From positions 14,507 to 78,506 of the forward strand of contig JBHPGP010000003.1 in the NCBI GenBank assembly GCA_042570305.1: a DNA stretch of 64,000 nucleotides, given 5' to 3'. The notes below the pieces were generated by a model, which was given only the letters and a program-made list of their open reading frames with translations, made no database searches and had not been told where the DNA came from. Shown piece by piece: positions 9,176 through 16,816 of this stretch (the first letter of the stretch is position 1; every line of letters begins with the position of its first letter). The position numbers and the translations under genes were made by a program. The DNA comes from Candidatus Omnitrophota bacterium. Lineage in GTDB: Bacteria; Omnitrophota; Gorgyraeia; Gygaellales; JAHJCI01.

Positions 9176-9204
9176 TTGACAGGGATGTAACTAGATGTTA
9201 AAAT
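9176..9204 (+). promoter_or_regulatory. Near-consensus sigma70-type promoter (TTGACA-17 nt-TAAAAT) upstream of aroK leader
   Basis: TTGACA lies at 9176-9181, followed by a 17-nt spacer and TAAAAT at 9199-9204. It sits in the 360-bp spoVG-aroK spacer, downstream of the terminator. Confidence 0.55.
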
Positions 9205-9216
9205 TAGTGGTTATGA

Positions 9217-9283
9217 GGGGGCACCCTTTTATACAGCTTAAGGGGTGTCCCCCGATTGGCTAAGAGGGTATTTTTGGGTGTCC
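9217..9283 (-). repeat. CCAATCGG-core palindromic element, copy a (reverse orientation, extended)
   Basis: Sequence: GGGGGCACCCTTTT...AAGGGGTGTCCCCCGATTGGCTAAGAGGG...GGGTGTCC. The reverse complement contains TTAGCCAATCGGG, identical to copy d. Confidence 0.7.
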
Positions 9284-9350
9284 GAGTTAGTGAGGCCACC
9301 AGGGGTATTGTTAAAACCATGGCTAATATTTACTTGGTGGGTTTTATGGG
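9282..9350 (+). repeat. 69-bp direct repeat, copy 1 (duplicate of aroK RBS region + first 32 coding nt)
   Basis: 68/69 identical to 9392-9460. The single difference is T9311 vs C9421. Confidence 0.95.
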
Positions 9351-9369
9351 GTTCTGGTGCGACGGATAA
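9319..9369 (+). CDS. Candidate 16-codon upstream ORF / leader peptide MANIYLVGFMGFWCDG* created by duplication of the aroK 5' end
   Basis: It has the same RBS context and first 32 nt as aroK (69-bp direct repeat), then diverges to Phe-Trp-Cys-Asp-Gly-stop. Translation is unproven. Confidence 0.25.
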   Translation: MANIYLVGFMGFWCDG

Positions 9370-9391
9370 GGAGCACCGCTTAGAACGGTGG

Positions 9392-9460
9392 CCGAGTTAG
9401 TGAGGCCACCAGGGGTATTGCTAAAACCATGGCTAATATTTACTTGGTGGGTTTTATGGG
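9392..9460 (+). repeat. 69-bp direct repeat, copy 2 (authentic aroK 5' end)
   Basis: 68/69 identical to 9282-9350 at an offset of 110 nt. Confidence 0.95.
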
Positions 9461-9941
9461 AACAGGCAAGACTGCCGTAGGCAGGGAAGTGGCCAGGCAG
9501 TTGAATCAGCAGTTTATTGACCTGGATTCCAGGATTGAGAAGGGGGAAGGGAAAAAAATCAGTCAGATTTTCTCTGAAGAGGGAGAGGCCTATTTTAGGA
9601 ACCTGGAAAAACAGGCGCTCAAACAGATAGCAGCAGGAGCAGGCTGGGTGGTTTCCTGCGGCGGAGGTATTATTTTGGATAACGATAATATCAGGATGAT
9701 GAAAGAGACGGGAAGTATGGTTTGCCTTACCTCAAGGCCGCAGGTGATTCTTATGCGTACGCAAGCTTATGGGCACCGGCCTTTATTGAACGTTGATAAT
9801 CCGGCTGAAAAGATTGAGGAACTGCTTAAGATGCGCGCGCCTTTTTATGCCCAGGCAGATTATACTATTGATACCTCGGATTTGACAATTGCGGAAGTAG
9901 TGAATAAGGTTCTGACATATGTTAGAGGCAAAAACGCTTGA
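9429..9941 (+). CDS. aroK: Shikimate kinase
   Basis: 170 aa with the P-loop GFMGTGKT, in the typical AroK size range, in an aro context near aroC. Confidence 0.9.
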   Translation: MANIYLVGFMGTGKTAVGREVARQLNQQFIDLDSRIEKGEGKKISQIFSEEGEAYFRNLEKQALKQIAAGAGWVVSCGGGIILDNDNIRMMKETGSMVCLTSRPQVILMRTQAYGHRPLLNVDNPAEKIEELLKMRAPFYAQADYTIDTSDLTIAEVVNKVLTYVRGKNA

Positions 9942-10875
9942 TTGGCTTAAGTTAACGCTTATTCCCGCCATCGGTCCGGCAAGGCTGAAGATGCTGCGAG
10001 AAAGATTCTTGCAGCCGGATAAAATTTTCGCTGCTTCAGAAAAAGAGCTTGCTTCGGTTTTGGGTGCTGAGCCTGCCGGGGTAATCCAGCGGCAGCGAAA
10101 GGAAATTGATTTGGCCAGGCAGCTGCGCCTGATAGAGAAGTATCGTGTTCAGATTATTACTCAGGATGACGCATCCTACCCAAAGAACCTGAGGAGTATA
10201 TTCGACGCCCCTTTTTTATTATTTTTGCAGGGCGAGCTTTCACCGGGAGACGATTTTGCAATTGCCGTTGTGGGCACCAGGATGGCAACGCTGTATGGAA
10301 TGAATATGGCGCGTAAGATCAGCATCCAGTTAGGGCAGGCAGGGTTTACGATTGTCAGCGGGGGAGCCAGGGGAATTGATACAGCCGCTCATCAGGCAGC
10401 GTTGGGGATAAATGCGCGCACAATTGCGGTAATAGGATGCGGCCTGGATGTGGTTTATCCTTCTGAAAATGCGCGTCTGTTTCAACGGATTGCGCAAAGG
10501 GGTGCGGTGATTTCCGAGTTTCCTATGGCAACCGCGCCTTTTCGCCAGAACTTCCCTCAGCGTAACCGCATTATCAGCGGTTTATCTATGGGGGTAGTTG
10601 TTGTTGAAGCGCCGGTCAGGAGCGGTGCCCTGATTACTGCTTCGGCTGCGCTGGAGCAGGGCCGCGAGGTCTTTTGCGTGCCAGGAGAGGCTGACAGTTT
10701 TACCATGAAGGGCAGCCACCAGCTGTTAAGGGAAGGGGCAAGATTAGTCGAGGGTATTGAAGACATTATTGAGGAGATAGAACCTATATTGAGAAACAGA
10801 TTAGTAAAAAGGGACACCCTGCCGATTGGCTCAAAGGGTGTCCCCCGAACGGATGAAAGGATGTCCCTTAAATGA
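9919..10875 (+). CDS. dprA: DNA-processing protein DprA (Smf)
   Basis: 318 aa with an N-terminal HhH-like region and a Rossmann-like DprA core (VVGTR..., SGGARGID, VVVVEAPVRSGALITA). It has the conserved dprA-topA synteny and an ATGA overlap with topA. Its 3' tail is encoded by a palindromic repeat copy. Confidence 0.88.
   Translation: MLEAKTLDWLKLTLIPAIGPARLKMLRERFLQPDKIFAASEKELASVLGAEPAGVIQRQRKEIDLARQLRLIEKYRVQIITQDDASYPKNLRSIFDAPFLLFLQGELSPGDDFAIAVVGTRMATLYGMNMARKISIQLGQAGFTIVSGGARGIDTAAHQAALGINARTIAVIGCGLDVVYPSENARLFQRIAQRGAVISEFPMATAPFRQNFPQRNRIISGLSMGVVVVEAPVRSGALITASAALEQGREVFCVPGEADSFTMKGSHQLLREGARLVEGIEDIIEEIEPILRNRLVKRDTLPIGSKGVPRTDERMSLK
10811..10844 (-). repeat. CCAATCGG-core palindromic element, copy b (minimal 34-bp form, inside dprA 3' coding end)
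   Basis: GGGACACCCT-gccgattggctcaa-AGGGTGTCCC is a perfect 10-bp inverted repeat. The reverse complement reads GGGACACCCTTTGAGCCAATCGGCAGGGTGTCCC. Confidence 0.8.
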
Positions 10876-12848
10876 AGAATGCATTAGTAATTGTGGAGTC
10901 GCCAACCAAGGCAAAAACCATCGGCAACATTTTGGGCAAGGGTTATTCAATCATTTCTTCAATGGGGCATATTATTGACCTGCCGCGCAAGAAGCTGGGG
11001 ATTGATATGGAAAATGAGTTCAGTCCGGAATTCGTGGTTATTTCCGGAAGGCAGAAGATATTAACCGCACTAAAGAAAGAGGCAGCCGGTAAAGACAAGA
11101 TTTATATTGCTACTGACCCTGACCGCGAAGGCGAGGCAATCGGGTGGCATATCAAGGAGAAATTAGCCGGAAAGAGAAAATTCCTGAGGGTGGTTTTCCA
11201 TGAGATTACCCCTCAGGCAATAAAGGAGGCATTCCATAACCCGCGAGGCTTTGATGCGAATATGGTTGAGGCTCAGTTTGCGCGCCGCATCCTTGATAGA
11301 ATCGTGGGTTATTTCTTAAGCCCTTTGCTCTGGCGTAAGATCAGCCGCGGTTTAAGCGCAGGCAGGGTGCAATCCGTAGCCCTGCGCTTACTCGTGCAGC
11401 GCGAAAGAGAAATCCAGAAATTCGTTCCTCAGGAATACTGGGAGATTGAGGCAGAGCTGCGCAAGAAATCCGCCTCAAAGAAACAAAGCAGCTTTACGGC
11501 AAAATTAGAGAAGATAGGAGAAGACAAGGCCCAGATACAAGATAAGCAGGCTGCGGATAATCTATTAGAGGATTTAAAGGACAAGGCGTTTATCGTCAGC
11601 GGAATCAAACAGAGCGAAAAAAAGCGCAGGCCATCGCCTCCTTTCATTACCAGCACCTTGCAGCAGGAGGCGTTTAATAAGTTAAAGTTTGGTATCAGGC
11701 GTACAATGATCATTGCCCAGCAATTATACGAAGGCATTGAGCTGGGCGGGAAAGCCCCGGTAGGTTTAATTACCTATATGAGAACCGATTCTACCAAGGT
11801 GGCGGCTTCTGCGCTTGTGCAGGTACGTAATTTTATACTTAATAATTTTGGCAAACATTACCTGCCCGACTCACCGAATATCTATAAGACCAAAAGGCTG
11901 GCACAGGAGGCCCACGAGGCAATCCGGCCGGCTTCGCTTGAGTATACTCCGGAGAGCATAAAAGACTCCCTCAATAAAGAACAGCATAAATTATATGAAT
12001 TAATCTACAACCGGTTTGTCGCCAGCCAGATGGCGCCGGCACGTTATCTGGTAACCCAGGTGAAGATCAAGGCAGATAACTATTTGTTTTCCGTTTCCGG
12101 GACCAAGGTTATCTTTCAGGGGTTTACCAGGGTTTATAACCGCGAGGAGGAAGAGGATAAGGCATTACCTGATTTGGAAAAGGACGAGGCGCTGGATTTA
12201 ATCAAGCTTATTCCCAGCCAGCATTTTACCAGGCCGCCCAGCCGTTATTCGGAGGCTTCGCTGGTTAAAGTTTTGGAAGAAGCGGGCATTGGCCGTCCCT
12301 CGACTTATGCCCCGATAATCCTTACCATTATTAACCGGGATTATGCGCGCCGCATCAAAGGGTACTTTCACGCCACTGAGTTAGGTTTTAAGGTCTGCGA
12401 TTTGCTGGTAGAATATTTCCCCCGCATCCTGAATATGAAATTTACTGCCCAGATGGAGGATGAACTGGATAAGATTGAAGAGGGGCAGTGCGATAGATTG
12501 AAGGTATTAAATGACTTTTACCCGCCCTTTAAATCCCTTCTGGATTATGCTCAGAAGCATATTAAGAAAGAGATAATCCTTACTGAGGAAGTCTGCAAGC
12601 AGTGCGGCCGTCCTCTGGCAATAAAGTGGGGCCGCCGGGGGAAATTCCTGAGTTGTTCCGGGTTTCCCGAATGCAAATATTCCAAAACTATCACTACCGG
12701 CGTGAAGTGTCCGTCGCCGGGATGTGATGGCGAATTAGTCCAACGCCGTTCAAAGCGCGGCGCATTCTACGGCTGTTCTAATTTCCCCAAATGCCGCTTT
12801 ACCAGCAGGGATTTACCCGCGCCCAAAGAGGATGCAACGCTACATTGA
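10872..12848 (+). CDS. topA: DNA topoisomerase I
   Basis: 658 aa with a Toprim N-terminus (LVIVESPTKAKTI), the catalytic-Tyr region (GLITYMRTDS) and two C-terminal C4 zinc fingers. Confidence 0.93.
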   Translation: MKNALVIVESPTKAKTIGNILGKGYSIISSMGHIIDLPRKKLGIDMENEFSPEFVVISGRQKILTALKKEAAGKDKIYIATDPDREGEAIGWHIKEKLAGKRKFLRVVFHEITPQAIKEAFHNPRGFDANMVEAQFARRILDRIVGYFLSPLLWRKISRGLSAGRVQSVALRLLVQREREIQKFVPQEYWEIEAELRKKSASKKQSSFTAKLEKIGEDKAQIQDKQAADNLLEDLKDKAFIVSGIKQSEKKRRPSPPFITSTLQQEAFNKLKFGIRRTMIIAQQLYEGIELGGKAPVGLITYMRTDSTKVAASALVQVRNFILNNFGKHYLPDSPNIYKTKRLAQEAHEAIRPASLEYTPESIKDSLNKEQHKLYELIYNRFVASQMAPARYLVTQVKIKADNYLFSVSGTKVIFQGFTRVYNREEEEDKALPDLEKDEALDLIKLIPSQHFTRPPSRYSEASLVKVLEEAGIGRPSTYAPIILTIINRDYARRIKGYFHATELGFKVCDLLVEYFPRILNMKFTAQMEDELDKIEEGQCDRLKVLNDFYPPFKSLLDYAQKHIKKEIILTEEVCKQCGRPLAIKWGRRGKFLSCSGFPECKYSKTITTGVKCPSPGCDGELVQRRSKRGAFYGCSNFPKCRFTSRDLPAPKEDATLH

Positions 12849-13692
12849 TAAGTTCTTAAGATATCTGGAGATCGAGAAGAATTATTCCTCGCTTACCCTG
12901 TTGAATTACCGGGTGGACCTGGAAGATTTCAGCAGCTTTCTCAGGCAGACGCCATTAGAGAAGGTAGATTATTTAGCCTTAAGGAGGTACCTGGCGCATC
13001 TGAAAGAGAGAAGGTTAGGCACGCGCAGCATAGCCCGTAAGCTTTCCTGCCTGCGTTCCTTTTTCAAGTTTCTCTGCCGCGATAATTACCTGAAAAGCAA
13101 TCCTGCGCTGAGCCTGAGCGCAATGAGGCTGGATAAACACCTGCCCTCATTCTTGACCGAAGAGCAGGTGTTGAAGTTATTGCAGGCGCCCGGAGGCAGC
13201 ACCGAAAGGGACCTGCGCGACCAGGCGATCCTGGAGACGTTTTACAGCACAGGGATGCGCATTTCAGAATTGGTGGGCATGAATATCGATGATTTGGATT
13301 TTATCAGCGGCGTAGCTAAAGTCAGGGGTAAGGGGAAAAGGGAACGCCTGCTTCCCATCGGAGAGTATGCGCTGAAGGCGATCCGGTCATATTTGGAGAA
13401 AAGAAAAAAGAAATCCAACTCCTTATTCTTGAATAAGAATAACACCCGCTTATCCGACCGGGGGGCAAGGAACGTGGTGCGTAAGTATATCCGTCTTGCT
13501 TCATTAAGCGGCGGTATCTCAGCGCATAGCTTAAGGCATTCCTTTGCTACGCACCTCTTAAACCGCGGAGCAGACTTAAGAAGCGTACAGGAGCTTTTAG
13601 GACATGCTAATTTGTCTACAACCCAAATTTATACGCATCTTACTACTGAGAAGCTAAAGAGCGTCTATGATAAGGCTCACCCCAGGGCATAA
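12832..13692 (+). CDS. xerC: Tyrosine recombinase XerC/XerD family
   Basis: 286 aa with an N-terminal SAM-like domain and the catalytic R...HxLRHSFATHLL...GH...TQIYTH signature. It follows topA as in many genomes. Confidence 0.85.
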   Translation: MQRYIDKFLRYLEIEKNYSSLTLLNYRVDLEDFSSFLRQTPLEKVDYLALRRYLAHLKERRLGTRSIARKLSCLRSFFKFLCRDNYLKSNPALSLSAMRLDKHLPSFLTEEQVLKLLQAPGGSTERDLRDQAILETFYSTGMRISELVGMNIDDLDFISGVAKVRGKGKRERLLPIGEYALKAIRSYLEKRKKKSNSLFLNKNNTRLSDRGARNVVRKYIRLASLSGGISAHSLRHSFATHLLNRGADLRSVQELLGHANLSTTQIYTHLTTEKLKSVYDKAHPRA

Positions 13693-13702
13693 AGGAGGTA
13701 AA

Positions 13703-14377
13703 ATGAAGCCCAAGATTTTACTAATATTATCAACCGTCTTTTTGTTTGCCTGTTTTATTAATCTTCAGGAGGTAGTTATGGCTGAATTAACCAAGATCCA
13801 GTTGCCCGAACCGGTTAAGCAAGGCAAGATGTCTGTAGAGGAAGCCATCTTAAACAGGCGCTCGGTAAGGAATTTCACGCAAAGGGATTTAGGCTGGCCT
13901 GAAATCAGTCAATTACTCTGGGCAGCTCAGGGTATCACCGCAAAAAAGGGCAGCCTTTCCTTGCGCTCCGCTCCCTCAGCAGGAGCCCTTTACCCCCTTG
14001 AGATTTACCTTTTTAATTCGCAGGGAATGTTTCATTATCTGCCGCAGTCTCATAAGCTGGAGGTTCTTGCCGAAGGAGACCTGCGCAGCGTTCTTTGCGA
14101 AGCTGCCCTGTCTCAGGCATCTGTTGCTCAGGCAGCGGTTGATATTGTTATCTGCGCGGTCCCTCAACGGGTAACCGCCAAATACGGCGAACGGGGAATG
14201 AAATATGTGTATATTGAAGCCGGGCACGTTGCCCAGAATATTCATTTAGCAGCAGTTGCCTTAGGCCTGGATTCATTGCCTGTCGGAGCATTTAGCGATG
14301 AGCAGGTTAGTGCAATTTTATCCCTGCCTGCAGAGCAAGAGCCTGTTTACATTATCCCAGTCGGTTACGCCCAATGA
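13703..14377 (+). CDS. Nitroreductase-family (SagB-type) oxidoreductase with N-terminal signal/anchor
   Basis: ATG 13703 follows AAGGAGG. RRSVRNF and GALYPLE motifs are typical of the nitroreductase/SagB fold. The hydrophobic N-terminus is KILLILSTVFLFACF. Confidence 0.7.
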   Translation: MKPKILLILSTVFLFACFINLQEVVMAELTKIQLPEPVKQGKMSVEEAILNRRSVRNFTQRDLGWPEISQLLWAAQGITAKKGSLSLRSAPSAGALYPLEIYLFNSQGMFHYLPQSHKLEVLAEGDLRSVLCEAALSQASVAQAAVDIVICAVPQRVTAKYGERGMKYVYIEAGHVAQNIHLAAVALGLDSLPVGAFSDEQVSAILSLPAEQEPVYIIPVGYAQ

Positions 14378-14435
14378 GGGACACCCTGTTTACCAATCGG
14401 GAGTCTGGCGTAGGGCTAATCGGGAGCCTGTCCCC
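14378..14435 (+). repeat. CCAATCGG-core palindromic element, copy c (full length)
   Basis: Sequence: GGGACACCCTGTTTACCAATCGGGAGTCTGGCGTAGGGCTAATCGGGAGCCTGTCCCC. It starts directly after the nitroreductase stop codon. Confidence 0.85.
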
Positions 14436-14453
14436 AAGTAAGTTGATTATTTT

Positions 14454-15752
14454 ATGACTATTCTTTATGATTTAGCATTTATTATTTTCGCAATAGGTTA
14501 TCTTCCCTATCTTCTCCTGAAAAGAAAGCTGCATAAGGGGCTGTTTCAGCGCTTGGGCTTTCTGCCGGAGAGCCTGAGGTTAGAGCAGCCTGTCTGGATA
14601 CACGCCGTAAGCGTTGGAGAGGCAAGGGTAGCCGGAATTCTGGTTGAACAATTACGTCGGGATTTTCCCGGTAAGAGATTTGCCTTCTCGACCATAACAG
14701 TTACCGGAAGTAAGATTGTACGCAGCTTCCTGCAGAAAGGGGATTTTTTGTTTTATCTGCCTTTTGATTTAAGCCTTATCGTCAGGAAGGTCATCTCGCG
14801 GCTTAAGCCCTGTGCCTGCATTATCGTGGAAACAGAAATCTGGCCGAATTTAATCTATCAACTGAAAAAAATGAATGTTCCTGTTATTCTGGTGAATGCG
14901 AGGATTTCAGACCGTTCATTTTCCGGCTACAGGACCATCAGGCCCCTGATTAAACCAATTTTAAACAAGGTGAATCTCTTCTGCGTTCAGGGTCAGAGTG
15001 ATGCACGCAGGCTATCAAGCTTGGGCGTAGATACAGATAGGCTGCGGGTTACCGGCAACATGAAATTCGATTTTTTACAGTGCTCTCAAGGCATTAAAGG
15101 GGATTATACGAACTACAAACTGAGACTGGGCTTGGAAACAAAAGAGAAATTATTTATTGCCGGCAGCACACACCCCGGAGAAGAGGAAGTTATCCTTAAT
15201 ACTTATAAGAAGCTATTAGATGAATTTCCCGGCTTGCGGCTCCTGCTTGCTCCGCGCCATCCTGAAAGGGCTGGGCAGGCAGCAGGCGAGGCAGTAAAAT
15301 TCGGATTCCAGGCAGTACTTATTTCTACTTTGACAAACAGTGCGCAGCAGGCTACGCAAGCGCAAGGGGACAGAAGCAGACAGCCTCCGGTATTTATCCT
15401 GGATACTATCGGAGAGCTCATGTCTTTTTATGCCATTGCGGATATTGTCTTTGTCGGCGGCAGCCTGGTCAAGAAGGGCGGGCATAATATACTGGAGCCG
15501 GCTTTATGCGCAAAGCCTATTCTTTTCGGACCTCATATGTTTAATTTCAGGGAGATGAGCGAATTATTCTTAGCCCAAAAGGCAGCCCGCATGGTGCGGG
15601 GGCAGGAAGAATTATTCATTGAAATGAAAAATTTATTGACCGATAGTTCTCAGCTGATGAATATTGGAAAACAGGCGAGGGAGCTGGTTTTAAAAAACCA
15701 GGGCGCAACCAGTCAGAATGCAGAGTTAATTAAAGGGTTAGTTGCCGTATGA
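14454..15752 (+). CDS. waaA: 3-deoxy-D-manno-octulosonic acid (Kdo) transferase
   Basis: 432 aa with an N-terminal anchor, the WIHAVSVGE motif and a GT30-like C-terminal half (GGSLVKKGGHNILEP). Confidence 0.9.
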   Translation: MTILYDLAFIIFAIGYLPYLLLKRKLHKGLFQRLGFLPESLRLEQPVWIHAVSVGEARVAGILVEQLRRDFPGKRFAFSTITVTGSKIVRSFLQKGDFLFYLPFDLSLIVRKVISRLKPCACIIVETEIWPNLIYQLKKMNVPVILVNARISDRSFSGYRTIRPLIKPILNKVNLFCVQGQSDARRLSSLGVDTDRLRVTGNMKFDFLQCSQGIKGDYTNYKLRLGLETKEKLFIAGSTHPGEEEVILNTYKKLLDEFPGLRLLLAPRHPERAGQAAGEAVKFGFQAVLISTLTNSAQQATQAQGDRSRQPPVFILDTIGELMSFYAIADIVFVGGSLVKKGGHNILEPALCAKPILFGPHMFNFREMSELFLAQKAARMVRGQEELFIEMKNLLTDSSQLMNIGKQARELVLKNQGATSQNAELIKGLVAV

Positions 15753-16816
15753 AAGAATATTTATATTCATTAGCCACGGATAAAAGCAGGGGTTTGCTTG
15801 CCGGAGTGCTGAAGTTCATTTTATTTATCCTTTCTCTGATTTACGGCCTGGCAATCAGGATGCTGTCCTTTTTTTACTGCCTTAAGCCTTACCGTTTTAA
15901 TTGCAGGGTTATCAGCGTAGGCAATATTACTTTGGGAGGCACAGGTAAGACATTGCTGGTAGAAATGCTGGCCGGGCTCCTGAAGAAAGACGGCCATAGG
16001 GTTGCGGTATTAAGCAGGGGTTATAAGAGGCCAGGGGTTGCACACCCGGTGTCCGGGGAGAGTTATGAGGCAATGGGTGATGAGCCGTATATGTTAAGCA
16101 GGAATTTGGGCGATATACCTGTAATTGTGGATAAGCACAGAGCCAGGGCAGCTAAAAAGGCAATCCGGGATTATCAGGTTGATACGGTTATTCTGGATGA
16201 CGGATTTCAGCAGTGGAAAATAAAAAAGGATTTGGAGATTGTTACCATTGACGCTACCAATCCATTCGGCAATCTAAGCATGTTGCCCAGAGGGGTCCTG
16301 CGCGAGCCATTATCTTCTTTAAGGCGTGCCGATATTTTTGTTTTAACCAAAACCAATTTCACGAAGGACAGTCAAAAAATAAAGAATACCCTGAACCGGA
16401 TAAGCCCCGGATGCCTGATTTTCCAAGGGGGTTATAAGCCAGAGGGTTTTTACAGGCTGGATGATTCAGCAGGCACGTTGCTGGGGCCCGAAGCATTTGC
16501 AGGCAGGCAGGCGGGGTTGCTTTGCGGGATTGCTGACCCGGAGTCATTTGCCGGCTTAATCAGGAATTTAGGCATCGGTATCGGTATATCCTTTAAGTTT
16601 CCCGACCACCACCAATATACCAAGGCAGAACTTGATCGGGTTGCCGGAGAATTAAAGAAGAGGGATATTAAATTGCTTATTACTACAGAGAAAGATTATG
16701 TGCGTCTTGAGGCTTGCGGCTTTAGGTTATCCGCAATCAGTTGTTATATTATGCGCATCAGGATGGAATTAACCGAGAATGAAGCATTCATTAAGCGAAT
16801 ACGCTCTCTATATTAG
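15749..16816 (+). CDS. lpxK: Tetraacyldisaccharide 4'-kinase
   Basis: 355 aa with the P-loop VGNITLGGTGKT, the GDEP motif and DDGFQ. ATGA overlap with waaA. Confidence 0.9.
   Translation: MKEYLYSLATDKSRGLLAGVLKFILFILSLIYGLAIRMLSFFYCLKPYRFNCRVISVGNITLGGTGKTLLVEMLAGLLKKDGHRVAVLSRGYKRPGVAHPVSGESYEAMGDEPYMLSRNLGDIPVIVDKHRARAAKKAIRDYQVDTVILDDGFQQWKIKKDLEIVTIDATNPFGNLSMLPRGVLREPLSSLRRADIFVLTKTNFTKDSQKIKNTLNRISPGCLIFQGGYKPEGFYRLDDSAGTLLGPEAFAGRQAGLLCGIADPESFAGLIRNLGIGIGISFKFPDHHQYTKAELDRVAGELKKRDIKLLITTEKDYVRLEACGFRLSAISCYIMRIRMELTENEAFIKRIRSLY

Noticed and set aside
12832-13692. Tyrosine recombinase as a possible marker of an integrated mobile element
   Set aside because: It overlaps topA in the conserved dprA-topA-xerC housekeeping arrangement. 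It has XerC/D-type motifs. There is no flanking att-like repeat, phage or transposon gene.
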